Positions 32,150 to 39,169 of a stretch of DNA of 43,042 nucleotides are shown in pieces. Position 1 is the first letter of the stretch. Each line of letters begins with the position of its first letter. The stretch lies in the IMG/VR virus record IMGVR_UViG_3300029590_000018; one strand, 5' to 3'. The notes beneath the pieces were generated by a model. The model saw only the letters and a list, made by a program, of their open reading frames with translations, did not search any database and was not told the origin of the DNA. The DNA comes from a virus. Made by a program: the position numbers and the translations under genes.

Positions 32150-32944
32150 TCAAATCTTCGTGTATTGGATGCCGTTGCTGGAAAGGAACTGCTTCAGCGC
32201 CGTTGCCTGTGGTTGTGTCAGATGGAATTCCAGCCGCAGCAGGTACAGCTTTTCCTGAACCCGGGGCTGCTCCACAATTTTTTCGTTATCCACTGCCATG
32301 GATGCCTCCCGCTTTTTGGCGGCCTCTGCGGCATCCTGAAGGGCCTTCTTGTGGCGCAACGCTGCGCCGATGTCCAGCGTCTCCATGTACTTTGCCCGGA
32401 CGGCGGTGGAAAACTCCGGTTCGATGGTGTCCAGCACGGTCAGATCGTCGTCGATCTTATCCGCCAGGTTTCCGATGGCCTCGCCCACGGCCTCAATCTT
32501 GAATGTGGTATTCAGCCATCGCTGGTCAAAAATACGATCCAAAGGCATGATGGCTTTGATCTCGTCCGGCACAATCTCGTCGTAAACAGTTTCAATGGCC
32601 TTCCGCTTCTCCTCCCGGCACTGTTCCTCGAAAACCTTTAGCTGCCCGTCGATGGCGGCCACCGGGGCGTCGATCATGGCCACCAGCTCCTTGACCTTGG
32701 CCTCAAAATCGGTGTAGGGCGCCATGCACTCCTTCTTGATCTCCTTGCGCTTGGACTCCACGGCCTCCCGCAGTTTGTTCAGTTTGGCCTTTTCGGCCTT
32801 GCCCTCCTTGATGGTGTCCTCCGTGACCACCAGGTTGTTGTAATAGTCCAGCTTCTCAGCCAGCTCCGCCTTCAGCTCCTCAAAGTTGAAGCCGATTTCC
32901 TTCGGCAGTGCGGTGGTCAAATCCGTGCTCATGATAAATTCCAT
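32150..32944 (-). CDS. DUF1351-family protein (RecT-associated)
   Basis: ATG at 32944 with RBS AAAAGGAGAAAAG. N-terminus ...ALPKEIGFNFEELKAELAEKLDYY is typical of DUF1351. The 360-aa extension in the ORF track overlaps the exonuclease gene. Confidence 0.7.
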   Translation of the reverse strand: MEFIMSTDLTTALPKEIGFNFEELKAELAEKLDYYNNLVVTEDTIKEGKAEKAKLNKLREAVESKRKEIKKECMAPYTDFEAKVKELVAMIDAPVAAIDGQLKVFEEQCREEKRKAIETVYDEIVPDEIKAIMPLDRIFDQRWLNTTFKIEAVGEAIGNLADKIDDDLTVLDTIEPEFSTAVRAKYMETLDIGAALRHKKALQDAAEAAKKREASMAVDNEKIVEQPRVQEKLYLLRLEFHLTQPQATALKQFLSSNGIQYTKI

Positions 32945-32964
32945 GGTCTTTTCTCCTTTTCTCG

Positions 32965-33678
32965 TTAAATCTCCGGGAGCTTCAGGTTTGGGCGCTTTTT
33001 TGCTTCCACAGAACGCCAAAATCTGATTCCCTCCGCCTTGGTGCTTTGGATATCGTCCAAAACCTCTTCCCGCTCGATCAGATACTCCCTGGTGTCCTTC
33101 CGGTGATTCCCCTCCCGGTCGGTCCACTTGATCTGCGCCAGCAGCCATACAAATTCCCATCCGGCGGCGATCATCTGCCAGATGACTTGGCAGTAATACT
33201 GGTCCGGGATGCGGCCATTCCAATGGTCCCACTGCCCGGGGTTCTTGATCTCCGTTGTCTTAATCTCCATCCCGCCATGGCGGCCCGTCTCCCGCTCCGT
33301 CAGCTCTCCGTCCGGGGTGCAGAAGATGAACGGGTACTCACTGTTGCGGATGATCTTGTATGGGCTGTCGTATGTAACCTCCATCTCAGGATGGTCCAAG
33401 GAGAACAGCGCCCGCAGGTGCGGCTCCGCGTCATGCCCATACTGGACGAATGGCTTCCCGGAAATATCCTCCGGCTCCCGGAGCCCGGTTTTTTCCAGCC
33501 AAAGCTCTTCATTGCTTTTCCAGTTGCTCATCCCCAGCATGGCCCCGGCGTCGGATGCGCCGATGCCGTACTTCCGCTCTTCTTTCCATGCTTCAAGGGT
33601 CTCCGGAAGGACAATGATGCTCATTCCTCGTCCTCCTCCATATACCGGTCGCCCCGCCGCTTTCAGCACGTCCCGCAT
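32965..33678 (-). CDS. YqaJ-like (lambda Exo-type) recombination exonuclease
   Basis: WKEERKYGIGASDAGAMLG and the later EIKT motif are typical of YqaJ exonucleases. An alternative start at 33624 (RBS GGAGGAGGA) is equally plausible. Confidence 0.8.
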   Translation of the reverse strand: MRDVLKAAGRPVYGGGRGMSIIVLPETLEAWKEERKYGIGASDAGAMLGMSNWKSNEELWLEKTGLREPEDISGKPFVQYGHDAEPHLRALFSLDHPEMEVTYDSPYKIIRNSEYPFIFCTPDGELTERETGRHGGMEIKTTEIKNPGQWDHWNGRIPDQYYCQVIWQMIAAGWEFVWLLAQIKWTDREGNHRKDTREYLIEREEVLDDIQSTKAEGIRFWRSVEAKKRPNLKLPEI

Positions 33679-33697
33679 CGTCTTTCCCTCCCGTTAT

Positions 33698-33796
33698 TTA
33701 CTTCCCCGGCCTGTCCAGTTTGTCCAGCAGCCGCATAAACAGATAACTCACCGTAGCCGCGCCGATATACGTCAGCGCCCATGCAAACACGCTCAT
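33698..33796 (-). CDS. Small membrane peptide (32 aa)
   Basis: Own translation: MSVFAWALTYIGAATVSYLFMRLLDKLDRPGK. RBS GGAGGTG. ATGA overlap with the upstream small ORF. Confidence 0.4.
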   Translation of the reverse strand: MSVFAWALTYIGAATVSYLFMRLLDKLDRPGK

Positions 33797-33945
33797 TTCG
33801 CACCTCCGCTATCCTTTCCGTTCGGCACAAGGCCGACAAACTCAAGCCCTCTGCCGCGCGCGTAAATCTCGCCCATGATCGTCCCCAACTTTACAGGGTC
33901 GGGGGGCGTGACCCAAATGATTTTGTATTCCGGCTTTTTACTCAT
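33793..33945 (-). CDS. Small hypothetical protein (50 aa)
   Basis: Own translation: MSKKPEYKIIWVTPPDPVKLGTIMGEIYARGRGLEFVGLVPNGKDSGGAK. RBS GGAAAGGAAAAGG. Confidence 0.4.
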   Translation of the reverse strand: MSKKPEYKIIWVTPPDPVKLGTIMGEIYARGRGLEFVGLVPNGKDSGGAK

Positions 33946-34059
33946 TGCCTTTTCCTTTCCCCTGTGCTAAAATAGCCACAGGACACATATCTAAGCCTAA
34001 GATTTGTTCCGCCGTCCCGCCGTCCCGCTCAATGCTGCAACATTGGGCGGGGCATTTTT

Positions 34060-34266
34060 TTACTGCCCATCGCTGGATTCCAGCAGCTCGTCCACGGGCA
34101 CGCCGAAGTGATTCGCCAGTTTCTTGATTTGACGCGGGTGCGGGCGGCGCGCGCCGTCCTTCCAGTTTTTGATTGATGTCTGAGATACATCAATTTCTTT
34201 GGCAAGACGGTAATTCGTCTCGCCACGCTCGGCTTGCAGTCGAGCCAGATTTTCCGGTAAGCTCAC
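34060..34266 (-). CDS. Cro-like XRE-family HTH regulator (first gene of the leftward early operon)
   Basis: GTG at 34266 preceded by GGAGGTG. HTH TNYRLAKEIDVSQTSIKNW. Paralogous to the divergent repressor. The ORF-track TTG at 34302 lacks an RBS. Confidence 0.75.
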   Translation of the reverse strand: MSLPENLARLQAERGETNYRLAKEIDVSQTSIKNWKDGARRPHPRQIKKLANHFGVPVDELLESSDGQ

Positions 34267-34294
34267 CTTTTCACCTCCAAATTTAGAGTATTCT

Positions 34295-34323
34295 ATTGAC
34301 AAATTGGAGCATTGGTGGTACTC
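34295..34323 (+). promoter_or_regulatory. Candidate rightward (lysogenic) promoter: TTGACA, 17 nt, TGgTACTCT
   Basis: Consensus -35, 17-nt spacer, extended -10 with the TG motif. Read directly. Confidence 0.45.
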
Positions 34324-34404
34324 TAAGTTTGCGACAACTATATGTTTCTCACCAGCTCGATTTGTCGGGGTGGTTCGGTTTCTTATTGCCTATCCACGAA
34401 AAAG

Positions 34405-34433
34405 ATTATACTTTAAGTTGAAGCATAAGTCAA
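34405..34433 (-). promoter_or_regulatory. Candidate leftward (early lytic) promoter: TTGACT, 17 nt, TATAAT
   Basis: The minus strand reads TTGACTtatgcttcaacttaaagTATAAT, near-perfect sigma-70/SigA consensus. Confidence 0.6.
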
Positions 34434-34467
34434 TATAGGTTGAAGTATTATTGTGACGAAGTTGAAG
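34417..34467. promoter_or_regulatory. Three direct GTTGAAG repeats spaced exactly 22 bp apart (candidate operators)
   Basis: GTTGAAG at 34417, 34439 and 34461. The repeats bracket the -35 of the leftward promoter and reach the repressor RBS. Confidence 0.5.
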
Positions 34468-34477
34468 GGATATTTTT

Positions 34478-34843
34478 ATGAGCTTTGCACAAAACTTGAA
34501 GTATATAAAAGAAAAAGAGAATCTAACCAACTACCGACTTGCAAAACTTTTCGGTTGCAGTCAGTCGTCTCTTATTAACTGGCTTGATAACGGTGTTGTT
34601 CCGCATCCAAAGACCCGCCAGAAGATCGCCGACCATTTCGGCATCACCCTTGCCGAGCTGGACGGTGACGAGCTTCCCGTTCTGCCGGAAAAAGGCGCAA
34701 AAAAAAGCGCCCTCGATCCGAAGACCGAGGGCGAGGGCTTAAGCGCAGCAAAGAAAGCGCTATTGGTAGCTATTGATGATTTGTCCGACGCTCAGTGTGA
34801 AAAACTCCTTCCGATTGTATTGAGCGCAAAACAAGTACTATGA
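34478..34843 (+). CDS. CI-like XRE-family repressor
   Basis: 121 aa. N-terminal HTH TNYRLAKLFGCSQSSLINW plus a C-terminal extension. Divergent from the early operon. Confidence 0.75.
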   Translation: MSFAQNLKYIKEKENLTNYRLAKLFGCSQSSLINWLDNGVVPHPKTRQKIADHFGITLAELDGDELPVLPEKGAKKSALDPKTEGEGLSAAKKALLVAIDDLSDAQCEKLLPIVLSAKQVL

Positions 34844-35238
34844 GTAATGTTTTTATTCCGACTAATCCGCATGATAAGATATTGACCGATGCAGAGCGGC
34901 AAAAGTGGGAAAGCGATCTTGATAACAAGAAAGATGACTTCCCGTATATCGCTTTGACAAAGGCGCAGCTAAAGCTTTTAAAGCAAGCGCGAACCGATGC
35001 CGTATTGATAACCGCGCATAATGAAAATGATGCTGATGTACTCTGCGGTCATAGCTTTGCATATTGCCTTGTAAATGGCGAAAAGCGAGGGCTTATTGCT
35101 CGCCAAAGAGGGGCTAATTATCTTGCATATGCGCAGAAAGAAAACTCCCAAGCGTGGTCTATAACGGCGAGGGATTGCCTCGTTGCTGCAATAGGTGCTG
35201 TTTTCGGGTTTCTGCTGAATTGCTTGTTCTCTGGTTAA
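34840..35238 (+). CDS. Hypothetical C-tail-anchored membrane protein co-transcribed with the repressor
   Basis: ATGA overlap with the repressor stop. Single C-terminal hydrophobic helix (CLVAAIGAVFGFLLNCLF). Confidence 0.6.
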   Translation: MSNVFIPTNPHDKILTDAERQKWESDLDNKKDDFPYIALTKAQLKLLKQARTDAVLITAHNENDADVLCGHSFAYCLVNGEKRGLIARQRGANYLAYAQKENSQAWSITARDCLVAAIGAVFGFLLNCLFSG

Positions 35239-35555
35239 TTATATTGCCACTGAATGTTCAGCGCTTCTCGGATAGCTTCAGCTTTTTCGGGGGTAATGTC
35301 TGTCGGCTCGTAGTCTTTGCAGGGATTGTCTTTCCCGCAGCCAAGAACGTACCAACCACCCCAAGTAGTATAGCGGACCACAACATGCTTGCACCCAGAG
35401 CACGCGATGCTTTTGCATTTCGGAAGCGCCGCTTTGTCAATGATGGCAGATCGGCGGTTGTATTCTCGCTCCGCTTCCTGCGCCTCTGCAAGCTGCAATT
35501 TAAGTTTGCGGTTTTCTTCCCGCAGATTATTTAATTCTCTTCTTGCAATAAACAT
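35235..35555 (-). CDS. Hypothetical coiled-coil / Cys-rich protein (about 106 aa)
   Basis: ATG at 35555 after GGAGGTTGGA. Convergent with the repressor operon. Confidence 0.5.
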   Translation of the reverse strand: MFIARRELNNLREENRKLKLQLAEAQEAEREYNRRSAIIDKAALPKCKSIACSGCKHVVVRYTTWGGWYVLGCGKDNPCKDYEPTDITPEKAEAIREALNIQWQYN

Positions 35556-35662
35556 TCCAACCTCCATAAAACATATTCCGCCTGGCTGTCAGTAAGTGAT
35601 AGCACCTCAGATTTTAGGCGCTCTCTAATAAGAATAGCATGGTTTTCTTCTTCGCGCAACAT
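35531..35662 (-). CDS. Small hypothetical protein (43 aa)
   Basis: Own translation: MLREEENHAILIRERLKSEVLSLTDSQAEYVLWRLECLLQEEN. RBS GGAGGG 7 nt upstream. Overlaps the next ORF start. Confidence 0.3.
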   Translation of the reverse strand: MLREEENHAILIRERLKSEVLSLTDSQAEYVLWRLECLLQEEN

Positions 35663-35710
35663 TTTGTGTCCCTCCAAATAATTGATAGTAACGGGGCTAT
35701 GTGTCGATTA

Positions 35711-35739
35711 TTGCACAAAAGTTCGGGAGAAAATACAAA
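35711..35739 (+). promoter_or_regulatory. Possible promoter TTGCAC, 17 nt, TACAAA for the small-ORF/XRE/integrase operon
   Basis: Read directly. Moderate match to consensus only. Confidence 0.3.
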
Positions 35740-35759
35740 AATAAAAGGTGGTGTGCCAA

Positions 35760-35912
35760 ATGTCAAAAAGCAAAATCCCCGGCCTGTCCTTTAGCTGGAA
35801 ACGCGCGCTCGGAATCACGAAGATGAAAAGAAAAATTTCAAAAGCAACTGGGATTCCCACGACCAAAGCGGGGCGGCAAAGAAAACTTGGCAAACTCCTT
35901 GGTATGAAGTAA
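35760..35912 (+). CDS. Small basic protein (50 aa)
   Basis: Own translation: MSKSKIPGLSFSWKRALGITKMKRKISKATGIPTTKAGRQRKLGKLLGMK. RBS AAAAGGTGG. Below the ORF-track size cutoff. Confidence 0.45.
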   Translation: MSKSKIPGLSFSWKRALGITKMKRKISKATGIPTTKAGRQRKLGKLLGMK

Positions 35913-36121
35913 GCGAAAAGCCCCCGCCGTCTCCGCAACAACGGCAGAGGGCTTTGTGCAGACAGCGCGGAGCGGTCGCTGTTGCATGATTTGACCATAC
36001 TCCGCGTTGCTTGACTACTTCAAGGCCAAAACCTTGCAACAAGACAGCGTTCAACGAGGTTCGGCAAGCCCTCATCTTGTGACTTCGCGGCGTGAAAATC
36101 GAAGAAATTAAGGTGGTATAA

Positions 36122-36538
36122 ATGAACATCCAAGAGGTGTGCAAAATCCGCAAGGCAGAATTGAAACTGACCTATCAGGAAATTTCAGACACTTCCGGCG
36201 TGCCGCTGTCCACCGTGCAGAACTTCTTTTCAAAGTTTTCCAAAGCCCCGTCTATTTACACCGTCGCGCCTATCTGCAAGGCGCTTGGGATCTCACTTGA
36301 CGAGGTGTTCGGAATTTCCGAACGGCTGACAAGGAACGAAGAGACCTTGCAGGCGCGAAATGACGAGCTGGAGCGCCATGTTGACGCAAAGGAAGACATG
36401 ATCGAGATTATGCGGCGTGGTGTCCATATCCGCAACGCCGTGATTTTTATTTTATTTGTGGTGGTGGTGTTACTGACCGCGTGGTGCGTGTATGTCGATT
36501 TGCATTGCGCAGATTACGGATTTTGGAGGGGGCGGTGA
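36122..36538 (+). CDS. Membrane-anchored XRE-family HTH protein
   Basis: N-terminal HTH (LTYQEISDTSGVPLSTVQNF), a coiled segment, and a C-terminal TM helix (AVIFILFVVVVLLTAWCVYV). The stop overlaps the integrase ATG. Confidence 0.65.
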   Translation: MNIQEVCKIRKAELKLTYQEISDTSGVPLSTVQNFFSKFSKAPSIYTVAPICKALGISLDEVFGISERLTRNEETLQARNDELERHVDAKEDMIEIMRRGVHIRNAVIFILFVVVVLLTAWCVYVDLHCADYGFWRGR

Positions 36539-37836
36539 TGAGAGCAGCACTGTATATCCGCGTGTCGAGCGACGAACAGGCGCGGCATGGCCTGTCATTG
36601 CAAGAGCAAAGAGATGCGCTGACAAGATATGCCCAAGAACACAAAATGACCGTGGCGGGTATCTATGAGGACGCGGGAATATCCGCGCGAAAGCCGTATA
36701 AAAAACGTCCGGCGCTCCTGCGGCTGCTGGGCGATTGCAAAGTGGGGAAGGTAGACACGATCTTATTTATTAAGCTCGACCGATGGTTTCGAAATGTCGC
36801 GGGGTATTACGATGTGCAAACGCAACTCGACCAGTACGGCGTGACCTGGCAAGCGACGGAAGAGGACTACGAGACGCGAACCGCGTCCGGGCGATTAAAG
36901 GTTAATATCATGCTCTCCGTTGCGCAGGACGAAGCAGACCGCACAAGCGAACGAATCAAATTTATAAACGACGGCAAACGGGCAAAAGGGCAACCGGCAG
37001 GCTCAAAAGCGCCTTTAGGGTATGCCATCAAGGACAGGCAATACCAGATTGATAACGGCACGGTAGATGCGGCGCGAGATATGTTTGCCGCGTTTATCCG
37101 GCTAAAAAGTGTCCTTGCCGTAAAGCGATATATGCTTGATACATGGGGCATTGACCGAGCGTATAGCAAGTATGTAAACTATTTCCGTAACCGTCTTTAC
37201 ATCGGGGAGGTGTACGGAATCGAAAACGCCTGTCCCGCGCTGGTAAGCAAGCAGGACTTTGACCTTGTAACTGATATTATTCAGCATCGGTCACAACGCT
37301 GTGCGGGAGTTGACACAGATCGCGTGTATCTGTTTTCCGGGATATTGCGCTGCAAAGAGTGCGGGAAAACGATGCAATCGGAAACCGTAAAAAAAACATA
37401 TACATACTACCGATGCCGGACGCGGATGCTTGACAACTCCGCTTGCCCGCATACAAAAAGGATCCGAGAAGATGCGCTGGAAGACTACCTACTACACGAG
37501 ATGGAGGGAATCGCAGAACGGAACAATCGGTACTATAAAAAGGCAGATAAAAAGCCCACGCAAAGCGCGGACTCAATACGAAAGAAAATGGGCAAGCTAA
37601 AAACGCTATACCTAAACGATCTGATTGAGTTGGACGAATACAAGCGGGAGTATGCGAGCTTGAAAAAAGCACTTGAAGCTACGGAAGAAAGGCCAGAAAT
37701 CAATTTGGACGCGCTAAAAAAGGAGCTGCAAGAATACGAAACCTATTCCCGCGATGAAAAAAAGGAATTTTGGACGCGCTTCATCAGGCGGATTGATGCA
37801 GACAACGATGGCGCGTTTTTCGTAACGCCCCGTTAG
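36538..37836 (+). CDS. int: Large serine recombinase (phage integrase)
   Basis: MRAALYIRVSSDEQ catalytic-Ser N-terminus, recombinase domain, zinc-ribbon CKECG...C and C-terminal coiled coil. ATG at 36538 after GGAGGGGG. The ORF-track start at 36481 is upstream of the RBS. Confidence 0.9.
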   Translation: MRAALYIRVSSDEQARHGLSLQEQRDALTRYAQEHKMTVAGIYEDAGISARKPYKKRPALLRLLGDCKVGKVDTILFIKLDRWFRNVAGYYDVQTQLDQYGVTWQATEEDYETRTASGRLKVNIMLSVAQDEADRTSERIKFINDGKRAKGQPAGSKAPLGYAIKDRQYQIDNGTVDAARDMFAAFIRLKSVLAVKRYMLDTWGIDRAYSKYVNYFRNRLYIGEVYGIENACPALVSKQDFDLVTDIIQHRSQRCAGVDTDRVYLFSGILRCKECGKTMQSETVKKTYTYYRCRTRMLDNSACPHTKRIREDALEDYLLHEMEGIAERNNRYYKKADKKPTQSADSIRKKMGKLKTLYLNDLIELDEYKREYASLKKALEATEERPEINLDALKKELQEYETYSRDEKKEFWTRFIRRIDADNDGAFFVTPR

Positions 37837-37876
37837 GCATATTTTACCTTCACGGACATAAAGGACAAATATGCCT
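37835..37876. repeat. Inverted repeat AGGCATATTT-N22-AAATATGCCT abutting the integrase stop (attP candidate)
   Basis: Perfect 10-bp arms, read directly. Confidence 0.35.
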
Positions 37877-37911
37877 AAAAAATCCCCCGCCGTAAATGAC
37901 GGGGGATTTTT
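37877..37911. terminator. Bidirectional Rho-independent terminator
   Basis: AAAAAATCCCCCG(ccgtaaatga)CGGGGGATTTTT between the convergent integrase and the last accessory gene. Confidence 0.8.
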
Positions 37912-38231
37912 CACTTTTCCAGCTTGCGCATAACGCTGTTATACACTCGCTCGTTGACGACCTTCAAGCTGTCCATCAGCTCGTCCATGATCTCCCATGC
38001 CTTGTCCGGTGAAACATCTGCCACTGCGCGCAGGAAATCGCTGTCGCCGTATGTTTCGACGTTGACCGGCGCGGGCGCCGCGGAGTATGCCATTGGCAAA
38101 GCCCTCTCTCCGCTGCCGCTTTGCTGGCCACGGATGGCATACAGCACGGCAAGGCGCTCATAGTTTTTCCAGCTCGATTCTTCTGTCTCGAGGCGAGCTA
38201 TCCAGCGATTGACCTCATTCTCGTCGACCAT
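37911..38231 (-). CDS. Hypothetical protein (106 aa), accessory cassette gene 8
   Basis: ORF with RBS AAGGGGGTG. Confidence 0.6.
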   Translation of the reverse strand: MVDENEVNRWIARLETEESSWKNYERLAVLYAIRGQQSGSGERALPMAYSAAPAPVNVETYGDSDFLRAVADVSPDKAWEIMDELMDSLKVVNERVYNSVMRKLEK

Positions 38232-38246
38232 AGGGGCGCACCCCCT

Positions 38247-38600
38247 TTAGCCCTCGATCGTGTCCATGCAGCGCTGGATAGCTCTGCGGATGCTTTCATC
38301 GTCGGCGTTGTCCAGCATTTCCTGCAACTGGCGTTTCATGTTGTCGATTGCGCCGTCGCGGCTGTAGTGGCCGCGAACATAGTGCGTGCCGCGTCTGCTT
38401 CTACCGCGCATGTCGTACTCATCGCGGCGGCTGGAATAGCCGTCATCTTCCATCGCTTCGATTTTGTCGATGTTCTTGATGGTGCTCGCCAGCTTATGCA
38501 CGATGTCAAGATCGCCCGCGCCAAGCTCGCCCTTGCGAGTGATTTCTTCCAGCTCCTTGCAGAGCATGTCGCGCAGATCATACATAGATTTCATTCCCAT
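38247..38600 (-). CDS. Hypothetical charged protein (117 aa), accessory cassette gene 7
   Basis: ATG at 38600 after GAAAGGAG. Arg/Asp/Tyr-rich centre (RRDEYDMRGRSRRGTHYVRGHYSRD). Confidence 0.55.
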   Translation of the reverse strand: MGMKSMYDLRDMLCKELEEITRKGELGAGDLDIVHKLASTIKNIDKIEAMEDDGYSSRRDEYDMRGRSRRGTHYVRGHYSRDGAIDNMKRQLQEMLDNADDESIRRAIQRCMDTIEG

Positions 38601-38614
38601 TGTGTTCTCCTTTC

Positions 38615-39040
38615 TCAGCAAACTCTGGTAATGATAAGGTTCGCGTTTCTCACGTCAATGGCTTCGCCGCTCACGTTGCGGATGGACAGCGACGCGCAGC
38701 AGCCCTTTGTAACGTCAACGTACTCGGATGCCGCTGCGTTAAAAAACGCCTCCGCAGCCGTGGGCGTAACCGTCGCAACGGAGGACAGCAGGGGTTCACC
38801 GTCAACCGCAATGGCAACGGAGATGGGGCCTGGGGTCCCGCCGGTGCTTACGGCAATGTTGCCGATAAAGTCCACCTTGTAGCGGGCGCGGCACTGAGAG
38901 CAGTTGCCGCGAAGGTTAAACAGGCCGGAGCCTACCCGGTGAGTGATAAGGCCCTTTGTGCAGGGGATCGGTGCCTCGGTAAAAAGCACATTCTGATTTG
39001 CCGCCACAGTCTGCGTGGCAATCGCAGTGTATTCAGGCAT
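38615..39040 (-). CDS. C1q/TNF-like jelly-roll protein (BclA C-terminal-domain-like), accessory cassette gene 6
   Basis: 141 aa. The pattern TQTVAANQNVLF...ITHRVGSGLFNL.G...Y.V.F.GNIA...NANLIITRV resembles exosporium BclA C-terminal domain proteins. Assignment is from memory, not searched. Confidence 0.5.
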   Translation of the reverse strand: MPEYTAIATQTVAANQNVLFTEAPIPCTKGLITHRVGSGLFNLRGNCSQCRARYKVDFIGNIAVSTGGTPGPISVAIAVDGEPLLSSVATVTPTAAEAFFNAAASEYVDVTKGCCASLSIRNVSGEAIDVRNANLIITRVC

Positions 39041-39056
39041 AGAAAACTCCTTTCAT

Positions 39057-39088
39057 AAAATCAGCGGCAGGGCTATTGCCCCGCCGCT
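39057..39088 (-). terminator. Hairpin/terminator between cassette genes 5 and 6
   Basis: AGCGGCGGGGC(aata)GCCCTGCCGCT, an 11-bp stem with one G-U pair, then GATTTT on the minus strand. Lies immediately before the RBS of 38615..39040. Confidence 0.55.
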
Positions 39089-39169
39089 TTGGTTTAGTAT
39101 CGGCACGGGGCCGAACATTTTGTTGACGTTAACAAAACATTGCCAACAAAAAGCTATGCTATGCAGTTA

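Noticed and set aside
34267-34302. TTG start at 34302 for the cro-like gene
   Set aside because: It has no RBS, and the added 12 residues are not HTH-related. The GTG at 34266 sits 7 nt after a perfect GGAGGTG.
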